Below, piece after piece: positions 8,818 to 19,987 of a stretch of DNA of 19,987 bases. Below the pieces are notes generated by a model. That model searched no databases and was not told the DNA's origin. It worked only from the letters and a program-made list of their open reading frames with translations. Source of the stretch: Octopus sinensis (Eukaryota); NCBI RefSeq assembly GCF_006345805.1, contig NW_021824067.1, forward strand, positions 1-19,987, written 5' to 3'. Positions within the stretch are counted from its first letter, which is position 1; the number at the start of each line of letters is the position of its first letter. A program made the translations under genes and the position numbers.

Positions 8818-10213
8818 CCGTACTGAAGCAGAAACGCTCTGTTCTAAGCTATAACGCCAGGTCGAATAATGTTGCAAAAATTATGCAAAACGGGCAAATT
8901 ATAAAAATATTTCAATGATATTTTCATGCAATATATTAACGATAGTTTGTTCGTCCACCGCCTTTCTGAGTTTCTTCAAAACCACGCGATTTTATGCTCC
9001 CAATCAACTGTAGTGGATCAAATGGAAGGTCTTCCCAGACCTTCCTTATTGCCATTTCAAGTCCATCAACAGATGAATACTGCTTGCCTTCGCTGTACAC
9101 AACATTCGTGAGATATCCACCCCCTCCGGCATTCTCTACAGAATTGTGGTCGGGACTTTTTGCTGGCCATGGCGTGACTTCAACCCCAGTTGCTGGGATG
9201 AAATCCAAAGTTGCCATTGCTTTATGATTAGAAGCATTGTCCTGTTGAAATATGAAGCTCTGGAGCTTTCTTCCTTCTCCGTCAAGGTGAGCCCTGTCCA
9301 AAATATCGATGTATATGCAGCATTGAAACGGCCATTCATGATGACAAGTGACAGCTTCCCATTGGCAGATATTGCTCCCCACACCATAAGATCTCCTTCG
9401 CTGTTCTGCCACTTGGAATAAGTAGAATTTTGTATAAATTTATCTGCCCAGTATTATTTATAGGCGACGGGACCGCCATCAAAATTCCATTTTTTCCCAT
9501 CAGAGAACAGAAATCTGGACCATTCACCATCCCACGTCTGATGCTGCCAAGCAAACTCCAATCAAACAGCTTTGTGGGAAGGGAGCAATAACGGACGTCC
9601 TAGCCACTTCTTCAAATGGAAACCATACTTCCAAATCAGTCTCTTCTTACGGTAGCTGTCAAGACCTCTAGTTTTGATAATGCCTTGATTTTGGGAACTC
9701 AAGAGCTGCGTGACTTCTTCACAGTTCTGACAATGGCTCTTTCATCCCTTTCTTAGGTAGTCTTGGGACGTTCACCAGCATGAACCCCGTTGTAGCTGTT
9801 AGGATCTTTCAGAAAATTGTCCACTGGCATTTTGCTTCGCCGAATCTTCTCGGCAAACTTCCGTTTACTCTTCCTTCCGCTTTCAGTGTTAGGATCTTCT
9901 CTTGCTCAATTTCGGAAAGCTTTGTAGCTTTCGGCATTCAGGAAATGAAATCTGAATCATGGCGAATACGTTTTGAGCCGAATATTTTCCGAAATAATCT
10001 GGAAGGAAATGAGAATGTATTAGTGGCTTTATAGGTTTGAAGTGTTGATATGCTAATGAAAATTGGAAAAATCAGATGTTGAAATGGGATAATAAAGGTA
10101 CAAGGTTTACATTTCAAGGAAATGCCCATTTACAATGGATTAGTCTGCTTAAGTACGGAACTGAATTTCTAACTTGAAAAAAACATGTGGCTTTATAGTT
10201 TTGAATAGTAGTT
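8818..10213 (-). mobile_element. Tc3-like DD34E Tc1/mariner transposon, near full length, imperfect IR/DR-type ends
   Basis: The right end TA|aactactattcaaaactataaagccac has an inner direct repeat (10023-10041 vs 10187-10205). The left end retains ccgtactgaagcaga (inverted match to tctgcttaagtacgg at 10145-10159) and a diverged DR copy. Confidence 0.85.
8936..9937 (-). pseudogene. Tc3-like transposase pseudogene (~330 codons, several stops and frameshifts)
   Basis: MPKATKLSEIEQ..FLKDPNSY.., FSDGKKWNFDG, LMVWGA, FIFQQDNA, WPAKSPDHNSVEN, VYSEGKQYSSV..; colinear with C. elegans Tc3A motifs (recalled). Confidence 0.9.
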
Positions 10214-10303
10214 TATATCTGCGTGTAAACATATGTTTTCAAATGCACCAATAGATAGACATCTATAAATATGGTCTTGCATACATAGATGTATGTAAAT
10301 ACG

Positions 10304-10700
<397 letters not shown>

Positions 10701-10974
10701 ATCTATAATCATGAATTTCTGTATGCATCTTTGTGTGTATGTATGTATATGAACACACACGTCCACACAACCACTAAAATCTCTTTTACATAAGATATTT
10801 ATATTAAGAACTATGTCAAAACACAAATAGACAAAAATGATATGATAGCAAGAAAAAAAAACGAAAATAAAAAATCAATCTCAAAGCAGAAAGCAAAGCA
10901 AAGACCAAAAAAGCAAAAAAAAAAAAAAAAAAAAAAAACTAATTATAGAAATGATTCATATTGGACTATTTTAG

Positions 10975-11032
10975 CAGAGTCGTGTCTTGTGGCTATTTAA
11001 GAATTTACCATTTCGAAATGCATGAAGACATG
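10975..11032 (+). CDS. Candidate small internal exon (RVVSCGYLRIYHFEMHEDM)
   Basis: Tandem acceptor ttttagcag (10974/10977), donor ATG|GTAAGA at 11033, open frame. Entry is phase 2, compatible with the 1778-1835 candidate. Confidence 0.3.
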
Positions 11033-11236
11033 GTAAGAACGGAGAAGCGTCTTTTATCGTAAACAGGGAAATGAGAAATTGAGAATAACTCAAGAAAAAG
11101 AAAAAAGAAAAGAGAAAAGAAGAAGAAAATAGATGAAATACCTTATGTTGCAATTTTCAAAAGTTGCATAGAATAGCGGTTATTAACGAGTCATCTATAT
11201 CTTCGTTGACGGCCTAAGTGGCCTCACATACATACA

Positions 11237-11387
11237 TACACACACACACACACATATATATATGTGTGTGTGTGTATGTGCGTGTGTATGTATATATATG
11301 TATGTATATACATATGGATATGTGTATGTATGTATGTATGTATGTATGTATGTATGTATGTATGTATGTATGTATGTATTATGTATG

Positions 11388-11418
<31 letters not shown>

Positions 11419-11664
11419 ATATATATATATATTATATAGATATGTATATATATATATACACATATATATTTTCGAACAGGTGAGATCAGCACCTTCTACC
11501 AGCACAACCTAGCAACCACGGACCGGTTTCTGGGTTAATGTTCTTTATCAGTGGGATAGCTTGGTTGGCTAGATGTCACACACACACACACACATATATA
11601 TATATGTGTGTGTGTATGTGCGTGTGTGTATGTATATATATGTATGTATATACATATGGATATG

Positions 11665-11700
<36 letters not shown>

Positions 11701-11702
11701 TG

Positions 11703-11753
<51 letters not shown>

Positions 11754-11919
11754 ATATATATATACATATATATGTATATAGATATGTATATATATATATT
11801 TATATATATATTTTCGAACAGGTGAGATCAGCACCTTCTACCAGCACAACCTAGCAACCACGGACCGGTTTCTGGGTTAATGTTCTTTATCAGTGGGATA
11901 GCTTGGTTGGCTATATGTC
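11237..11919. repeat. Recent tandem duplication, ~342-bp unit (microsatellites plus ~110 bp unique sequence)
   Basis: ttttcgaacaggtgagatcagc...ggttggcta(g/t)atgtc occurs at ~11469-11577 and ~11811-11919 with one substitution. Confidence 0.95.
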
Positions 11920-12111
11920 GCTACTGAACTGCTGTTAAAAATATAGATTTCAAAGGAGAGAATATGTTGTTAGGAACAACGTTAAAACTTTAGTAGCTTG
12001 ATCGATCTGTCATTGAACCACTTTGCTGTCATTTATATGGAGAATTGCAAGCGTGGTATAGAAAAACAACTTATTTAAATAGAAATGTTATGTGTATATT
12101 TCCGTAAATGT

Positions 12112-12808
12112 TTCTTCTGGCGCACCCCCACACGTATACTCGGCCCGTGGTCGGAAATAAGGTAAAGAATGACTCGTCCGAGAAAATAAACATTCTATCA
12201 CTACTCTAGGCACCAATTCTGTAGGTTTTTACTCCACTCTAAACGCTTTGCAATGTCTGTTTTTGAAAGTAGTGGTTTTCTGATTGTAGACCTCCCATGA
12301 AATCCAGCTTTGTGCAGTTCTTGGCGAACAGTTTTTGTGGAAACTGGATTCTTGAGGTGGTCATTAAACCCTGCAGTAATTTTGGGACCTGTAGTTTTGT
12401 GATCCTTTGTAACAATTTGCGTAAGAGTCCCTAACCGAAAGTTTTGGTTTTCTTCTGGAGTTTCGTTTTGTCGACGAGGTTTTTTCCTCTTTCTCAAAGG
12501 CTGTCATTACTTTCGAGAAGCACTTCTCGATACACCAAGCATTTTAGCTGTTTTCGTTACGCTAGCGCCTACCAGACGAGCACCAGCAAATTGACCCCTT
12601 TGAAAGTCCGATAGATCTGTCATTTTAATGAAATTTAATTACCATTTTCTGATGATATCTGAAAAGAAACAGCAATTTGAGCAAATCATAAGCAATACTA
12701 ATAATTAATCAAAAACATAAAAATAAACATGCTTTTGATGGTTTTATAGATATTCAAAATTATGATGCTATGATACTAGGTGTTCCATTATTTTGTTTCC
12801 AACCCCTG
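12112..12808 (-). mobile_element. Tc1-family transposon, 5' half (TIR, DNA-binding domain, first catalytic D)
   Basis: TA|CAGGGGTTGGAAACAAAATAATGGAACACCT TIR at 12808 inside (TA)n. ATG at 12623: MTDLSDFQRGQ..GASVTKTAKMLGVSR, VSTKTVRQELHKAGFHGR..RKPLLS, FSDES; truncated after RVYVW. Confidence 0.9.
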
Positions 12809-12884
12809 TATATATAATATATATATATATATATATAGAGATTATTATATATATATATATATATATATACATGCTAATACATAC

Positions 12885-12934
<50 letters not shown>

Positions 12935-13030
12935 ATATATATAGATATACACATATATATATATATATATTATATATATATATATTATAATGCATAATAC
13001 ATGCATACATATATACATATATATATATAT

Positions 13031-13081
<51 letters not shown>

Positions 13082-13144
13082 CTAGTAAAAAGTGAAAAAC
13101 TACAGAAGGCTTGTTTTAAAAGGTTAAAAAATATATATTTCTCA

Positions 13145-13203
<59 letters not shown>
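12809..13203. repeat. Long imperfect (TA)n arrays ending in (GA)n
   Basis: Direct inspection. Confidence 0.95.
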
Positions 13204-13204
<1 letters not shown>

Positions 13205-13410
13205 TGCATAAATTGTAAAATTAGTGAATAATATAATTACATTCAGCAGCCCGTTCATTAGTAACCGCAATTAATTAATTAACACTCCTAATTAATTCAT
13301 TTGAATTAAATCAATTTATATGTTTATTCCAAGTCGTAATCATTGAATGTTATGAATAAATTCATATATCGCCAACTCTTAATATTCCTAACGATTTGTA
13401 ATAAAGATCA

Positions 13411-13710
13411 AGCCACGTGAGACGTTGGGGCATGCGCAGTTGCAGCACGTTGCTGCATTTATCATTTATCGCTATATTTTTATCCGTGTCCTTCCGGGCA
13501 ACCTGTCAAGCGGAGTTCCAGTCAGTCTACATCTCCGTGAGTTATCTCCCCCACTTGCCGTAGCCACCTGACATGTGGTCGAATAACAGAAGCCGTTAAT
13601 ACGGTCGAATCTTCAGTGAAGAGATCACCGTGAGTAGCGCCTATCTTTGAAAATCGAGCGATGATGCCAGACAGTCTGAGGTAGCGCTTTCGAATCATAC
13701 AAACTCGATT
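13411..13710 (+). promoter_or_regulatory. CpG-rich promoter/first-exon-like island
   Basis: E-box CACGTG at 13414-13419, NRF1-like GCATGCGCA at 13430-13438, about 21 CpGs in 300 bp, and two consensus donors CC|GTGAGT at 13537 and 13630. Confidence 0.35.
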
Positions 13711-13714
13711 TAAA

Positions 13715-13944
13715 TTACTCTTTACTCTTTTACTCTTTTACTTGTTTCAGTCATTTGACTGCGGCCATGCTGGAGCACCGCCTTTAAATCGAGCAATTCG
13801 ACCCTGGGACTTATTCTTTTGTAAGCCCAGTACTTATTCTATCGGTCTCTTTTGCCGAACCGCTAAGTAACGGGGACGTAAACACACCAGCATCGGTTGT
13901 CAAGCAATGCTAGGGGGACAAACACAGACACACAAACACACACA

Positions 13945-14002
<58 letters not shown>

Positions 14003-14168
14003 TACAACGGGCTTCTTTTCAGTTTCCGTCTACCAATCCACTCACAAGGCTTTGGTGGGCCCGAGGCTATAGTAGAAGACACTTGCCCAAGGTGCTACGC
14101 AGTAGGACTGAACCTGGAACCATGTGGTTGGTAAACAAGCTACTTACCACACAGCCACTCCTGCGCCT
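13715..14168 (-). mobile_element. Full-length family-A tRNA-derived SINE (OK-like) with internal (TA)n/(TG)n
   Basis: Minus strand: head aggcgcaggag, A box (14147-14157), B box (14104-14114), central microsatellite, tail (aaagagt)n. Possible 7-bp TSD taaatta at 13711 and 14168. Confidence 0.95.
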
Positions 14169-14331
14169 AAATTAATTTTATTTAAATCACTTTCTGCATT
14201 CAAATTCCGTAATTATGAAATTAATGATGTTTATTGCTAATGAAACATACCGTTGGACGTAATTAAATTATTGACTATTTATGAAATTCATACTCTTCTG
14301 CTTTTTATTCTAAATATATGTTACTCTAAAC

Positions 14332-14678
14332 CAGGGGTTCTGAGCCATTTTTGTTTTACCTGCGGACCTCAGATTACTATTTTATTCTGGTGGATCCCCA
14401 TAGCTGGTCCCCCATAGATACTCCTTTCAAAAGTCCTACTTTGTTTTTCATACATTAACTTGTGTAGGTTCAACTATGTAAAATATTAGAGAAAGAAACC
14501 TAGCGTTTCTTGCAGTACATAACAATACATACCAATACATACATCTAAAGCAAAATTTGTTCAGGGGCCCCTAAAATACTATTGCGGATCCCCAATTTAC
14601 TATTTTGCTATGTGGCCCCCACCCCCGAATCTTGTATGGACATTCAGGTACCGTGTGGAACCCGGTTGAGAACCACTG
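14332..14678. mobile_element. Non-autonomous hAT (Charlie-like) MITE
   Basis: Imperfect TIRs caggggttctgagcc and ggttgagaaccactg, 8-bp flanks ctctaaac/agctaaat (5/8 match), repeated internal gg(a/t/c)ccccc-type motifs. Confidence 0.7.
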
Positions 14679-14799
14679 AGCTAAATGATTCTTTTAACCG
14701 AATATGTATATACGAGGTGTATTCCAGAAGTTTTGAGACTTCTCTAGGAGAGACAGTTATAATTGTCTTGGGTTATTGTCATTTTAGTATATCATTACT

Positions 14800-15415
14800 A
14801 AGACACTTTATTTCGCGTTGCTCCAGTTCACTCAGCTCTTGGAATAAATTGCGACGTCACTGGTGCCAAGCTGTACCTATTTCTTTATTGCCCACAAGGG
14901 GCTAAACATAGAGGGTACAAACAAGGACAGACAAACGGATTAAGTCGATTACATCGACCCCAGTGCGTAACTGGTACTTAATTTATCGACCCCGAAAGGA
15001 TGAAAGGCAAAGTCGACCTCGGCGGAATTTGAACTTAGAACGTAACGGCAGACGAAATACCACTAAGCATTTCGCCCGGCGTGCTAACGATTCTGCCAGC
15101 TCGCCGCCTGGTGCCAAGCTGTACCGCCCTTTGCCTTTCCCTTGGCATGGAGAGGAGACGTTGGTATGCGTGGGCGACTGCGGGTTTTCCATAAACAACC
15201 TTGCCAGGATTTGTACCTAGAATGGTAATTTTCTAGGTGCAATCCATGGTCATTCCCAACCGAAGTGGGTCTTTATCCTTTATCCTGTGCGGAGATGAGT
15301 GGCTGGTATGCGTGGGCGACTACTGGTCTTCCATAAACAACCTTGCCAGTATTTGTGCCCTGAACGGTAATTTTCTAGGTGCAATCCCATGGTCATTCAT
15401 GTCGGAGGGTCTCTT
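14800..15415 (+). mobile_element. Third SINE-like family (C), 5'-truncated, with a tandemly duplicated 3' tail and a nested family-B SINE
   Basis: aagacactttatttcgcgttgctccagttcactcagct resembles a CORE/Meta-type central domain (recalled). tggtatgcgtgggcgac...ctaggtgcaatcc(c)atggtcatt is repeated at 15162 and 15304. Confidence 0.6.
14878..15107 (-). mobile_element. Full-length family-B (OR-like) SINE with 18-bp TSD
   Basis: Head aggcggcgagctggcagaatcgttagc and B box aagttcaaattcc. TSD ctggtgccaagctgtacc at 14860-14877 and 15108-15125. Confidence 0.95.
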
Positions 15416-15569
15416 GCCCTTTTGCACTTAATAAACTGATCTGCCAACATTTTATCTGAGATTGAAGGAGATTGTAACAGCACTTTGAAAACATCCTACT
15501 AAACACTGCAGAGTGCAATTCCATCCTGGTATCCAACTAACTGACAGGGATGGGAATCAAATCATTCAC

Positions 15570-15614
<45 letters not shown>

Positions 15615-15617
<3 letters not shown>

Positions 15618-15944
15618 CGGAGATGTACTCGCATAGCAAGTAATTTGATCTGAGATCGTGTGCTGAAACGAAAACAATTGCAGCGTGGAAGGTGTTTATA
15701 AGTCATTTAAGAACACCCAAAAGCCGTTCGATTCACTTCAACATTTAAGTTTATTTGTCAAAATATTTTCGTCGCTAAAATCCGTGACCTGTTCACTGAC
15801 GCAGCACGGATTTTTGTCAGTGAACAGGTCGCGGATTTTAGCGACGAAAATATTTTGACAAATTAAACTTAAATGTTGAAGTGAATCGAATGGCTTTTGT
15901 GTGTTTCTTAAATGGCTTATAAACACCTTCCACGCTGCACTTGT
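15615..15944. repeat. Foldback element: ~127-bp inverted arms (15674-15800 and 15816-15944) with a 15-nt spacer, embedded in (TA)n
   Basis: The arms are reverse complements with about five substitutions and two 1-nt indels. (TA)n lies on both sides (15571-15614 and 15945-16025). Confidence 0.95.
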
Positions 15945-15976
<32 letters not shown>

Positions 15977-15983
15977 ATATATA

Positions 15984-16026
<43 letters not shown>

Positions 16027-16528
16027 ATACACACACACATAATATTATTAAAATTATGATAATATGTACGAAAATTTATGCCGACACAACATTATCAAAG
16101 TAATCAATATTAATGAAATTCTAACTGACCAGCTGAAAAAATTTTAGCTGCTAAAAACGCTAACAAAATGAAACTACCAAAACAAATTTCAACTTTAGAC
16201 ATTCATTCTATGAAGAGCGACATTTACCGAATAACTAATTTAGTTTATAAAAATAAACTATAAAAAAAAATCTTACTAATTTCATAATTTTTGACAATCT
16301 ACATAAATTACTGATAAGTAAGTAAGTAAAATAATAAAGAAATAAAAAAAAAACTAACATAGAAAACGAGTATATTTATAATTGATGACGGCATTGGGTA
16401 TCGAGAGAACGAAAACTGCAGACAAAAATTCTATGTTAAGCTTAATAGAAAAATATAAAAGCGACAGATTCTACGGTGATGCTTAATAGAAACTTGTATA
16501 TTTTACGTCGCTATAATTGATTACCTAT

Positions 16529-16567
<39 letters not shown>

Positions 16568-17014
16568 TCTAATTAAAATAATCAACCTTTCTATACGAAT
16601 TAACCTTATTTTACAATAACCGAAGAATTATCATACTCAATAACATATGCAACCACTGAGGATGTCGCTGGATTAAAAAAAAATTGCAAAAAAGACAACG
16701 AAATATCTATTTATTCTTTATAATAAATTGTTACATAGGAACGAACCTTATTAAATAATAATTGAAAAGTCATAATTAATGATGATATTTATAATTATTG
16801 ATGACTAAGCTAAATAACTAAAGAATAAAGATAATTAAATATCCATTTATTTTTATATTATATCTTTTATATGAATTAAGATTATTATACAATAATGGAA
16901 GATTTACTATAATTACTAATATATACAAATCTTGACGATCTTGGTGAATAATTACAGAAGAAAGATTATAGATAAGAATTCCACCTTATGCTCAATCGAA
17001 TATATTATTAATCA

Positions 17015-17189
17015 CTTACTCAGTATATTAAGCTGTGGCTAAGCTGGAGCACTGTCTTGAGGGATTTTAGTCGAATGAATCACATTTTTAAAGCATGGTA
17101 CTTCCAGCGGGCTCTTTTTCCGAACATCTAAGTAACAGGATTTTAAACACCCTAACACCGGTTGTCAATCGGTGGTTGGGGTAAACACA

Positions 17190-17190
<1 letters not shown>
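17015..17190 (-). mobile_element. Family-A SINE 3' half (outer element), diverged
   Basis: gctggagcac..tagtcgaa..ccgaacatctaagtaac..accggttgtcaa matches 13715-13930. Confidence 0.8.
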
Positions 17191-17220
<30 letters not shown>

Positions 17221-17229
17221 CAACACATA

Positions 17230-17352
17230 CCACAAGGTTCCGGGTTCATTCCCACTGCGTGGCACTTTGGGCAAGTGTATTTTACTATAGATCCACGCCA
17301 ATCCATGTCTTGTGAGTGGATCTGGTTGTCGGAAACTGAAGGAAGCCTCTCG
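17230..17352 (+). mobile_element. Family-A SINE 5' half (inner element)
   Basis: ccacaaggttccgggttcattcccactgcgtggcactttgggcaag..ggaaactgaaggaagcc. Confidence 0.85.
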
Positions 17353-17504
17353 TGTACACACACACACACACACACACACATATATTATATATATATATAT
17401 ATATACATGCAAAATATCTTATAATTATATACATAATTATAACAAGGGATCGGTTAGTATTCTTCTTCTTCTTCTTCTTCTTCTTATTATTATTATTTCT
17501 TTTT

Positions 17505-17785
17505 TTTTCATTTGTGTAACATCGTCTGTTTTTCCGTCCTTGTTTTCGTATACATCCGATGCTTTTTTCTAAGGAATCTAATGCTCTTAGCTTAGATTTT
17601 CCTTGGGGCTATCCAGATTGGAGCAATCTCAAGATTAATCACCTGAAATTGCAAGGATGATCAGGTTCTTGATTGAGGATAGAAAGCTTCGAATGACCAG
17701 TCCTTGTTTGTTTGTATCGCCTATCTGGATGTTTTGTTGTCCCTTTTTGTATCACCTAGTTGTCCGGATGTTTTGCTTTCTTGAC
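17505..17785. other. Unclassified ~280-bp segment lying between the halves of the inner SINE
   Basis: Non-SINE sequence bounded by microsatellites on both sides; identity not established. Confidence 0.35.
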
Positions 17786-17795
17786 CCATTTTGTA

Positions 17796-17888
<93 letters not shown>

Positions 17889-17940
17889 ATATATATATAT
17901 TATTTATTTATACGTATATGTATATGTATATGTCTGTACA

Positions 17941-18140
17941 TGTTTGTGTCTGTGTTTGTTCTCCATCACCGCTTGACATGGTGCTGGTGTTCTCATGTCC
18001 CTGTAACTTAGCTGTCCGGCAAAAGAGGCCGATAGAATAAGTACTAAACTTTAAAAAACAATATAAGTTCTGGTGTCGATTTATTCGAAGAAAACCTTTC
18101 AAGGCGATGTCCCAGTATTGCCGTAGTGAAATGACTGAAA
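17941..18140 (+). mobile_element. Family-A SINE 3' half (inner element)
   Basis: tgtttgtgtctgtgtttg..gtaacttagc..ggcaaaagag.ccgatagaataagtac..aaatgactgaaa. Confidence 0.85.
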
Positions 18141-18144
18141 ATAG

Positions 18145-18287
18145 GTTTCCGTCTACCAAATTCACTCACCATGCTTTGTAAGGCCCCGAGGCTATAGTAG
18201 AAGACGCTAGCCCAAAGTGTCAGACCACGGACTGAACCGAGTTCTAGCTGATTGGGAAGGAAACATCTTACCTCCTTGCCACGTCTG
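18145..18287 (-). mobile_element. Family-A SINE 5' half (outer element), diverged
   Basis: gtttccgtctaccaaattcactcac..gaggctatagtagaagac..ggactgaacc. Confidence 0.85.
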
Positions 18288-18679
18288 GGTCTATATTTCT
18301 GCTATGTATTTCTTCCAAAACTGCGTCCATGATGTTAATTTATGCAATAACAACGGCAAGTTGTTTACCGCTCGCGTTACTTAAAAATATAAATCTAACA
18401 CACATTCACAGTCTGTTTTTAACTGTTATGATTTTAATGTAAACATTATTTTCAGCTATAAATACACAAAAAAAAACATAAAAAATACAGAGCAAACAAC
18501 AAAAATCACGGAATAGATGATAAAGGTATTCTAAAAACCGTGGTTCGCTCTCTGTTATTTTCTGCTACTTTTTTGTTCAGATTGGTATTTTTATGTTTAA
18601 AATCTGATTCACACATCTGAATAATCCGCGGGTGTTTTGCACCAGTATAAGTTCAGCAGATACGAACACCCAAAACAAG

Positions 18680-18690
18680 CAGCACACACA

Positions 18691-18728
<38 letters not shown>

Positions 18729-19185
18729 ACACACACAACACACACACACACACATTCACACACACACACATTCACACACACACACACACAAACACGCTCT
18801 CTCTCTCACTCTCACACATACACACACGCACAGACACACACACACATTCACACACACACACACGCACACATTCACACACACACATACACACACACACACA
18901 AACACACTTTCTCTCACTCTCACACATACACACGCACAGACACACACAAATATTCACACATGTACTCACACACACAAACACACACCACACAACCCACTCT
19001 CTCAAACACACACACGAACACACACACAACTCACTCGCTCACACACACACACAGACACACACACAACTCAGTTACTCACACACACACAAACACAACTCAT
19101 TAACGCAAACACACAGGCACAAAGACACCCACACACAAACACCCACACACACACACAAACAAACAAACAGGCACACACCAACAGA
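18680..19185. repeat. Imperfect (CA)n array with a ~108-bp internal duplication
   Basis: ctcactctcacacatacacac occurs at 18805 and 18913. Confidence 0.9.
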
Positions 19186-19344
19186 CACGGAATTGAAGAA
19201 TAAGATATTCAACTCTGGATTTCATTCTGTTATTTTCTGTTTCCAGTTAGTTTTTATGTTTAATACCCGGTTCACTTACCCAACCAAACCACGATCGCTT
19301 TGTTGGATTGCTGATTTAGCCGATTCGATATTCTACACACAGCA

Positions 19345-19987
<643 letters not shown>

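Noticed and set aside
14100-14168. tRNA gene-like A and B boxes in SINE heads
   Set aside because: No complete cloverleaf; they are part of dispersed SINE copies.
14711-14740. tacgaggtgtattccagaagtttt resembles a mariner TIR
   Set aside because: No partner TIR or internal sequence; too short to call.
17560-17700. Possible Penelope-type terminus or hammerhead remnant in the unclassified insert
   Set aside because: The CUGANGA/GAAA cores and stems could not be assembled on either strand.
19280-19332. Minus-strand candidate exon ([17 protein letters not shown]) with a GG|GTAAGT donor
   Set aside because: The acceptor lacks a pyrimidine tract and no partner exon was found.

Overview
Eukaryotic, repeat-dense, non-coding or intronic DNA. 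The tRNA-derived SINEs and the simple-repeat content point to a coleoid cephalopod, most likely Octopus (recognised from memory, not database-checked). No intact protein-coding gene is supported, and most long ORFs in the track are translations of microsatellites. Transposon content: three tRNA-type SINE families; two RTE-clade LINE relics; an R4/Dong-clade LINE; three Tc1/mariner relics (maT/DD37D-like, near full-length Tc3-like, and a Tc1 5' half); an hAT-type MITE; and a ~270-bp foldback palindrome. The most striking structure is a three-layer nest at 2365-5607. A Dong/R4 element sits in the (TAA)n tail of a SINE and is flanked by a direct duplication of roughly 85-114 bp of that SINE end, a possible unusually long target-site duplication with a templated 5' junction. 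It is itself interrupted by an RTE with a 9-bp TSD. Other points are Russian-doll nesting inside the SINE's central microsatellite, two CpG-rich promoter-like patches, and a few low-confidence phase-compatible small exons.
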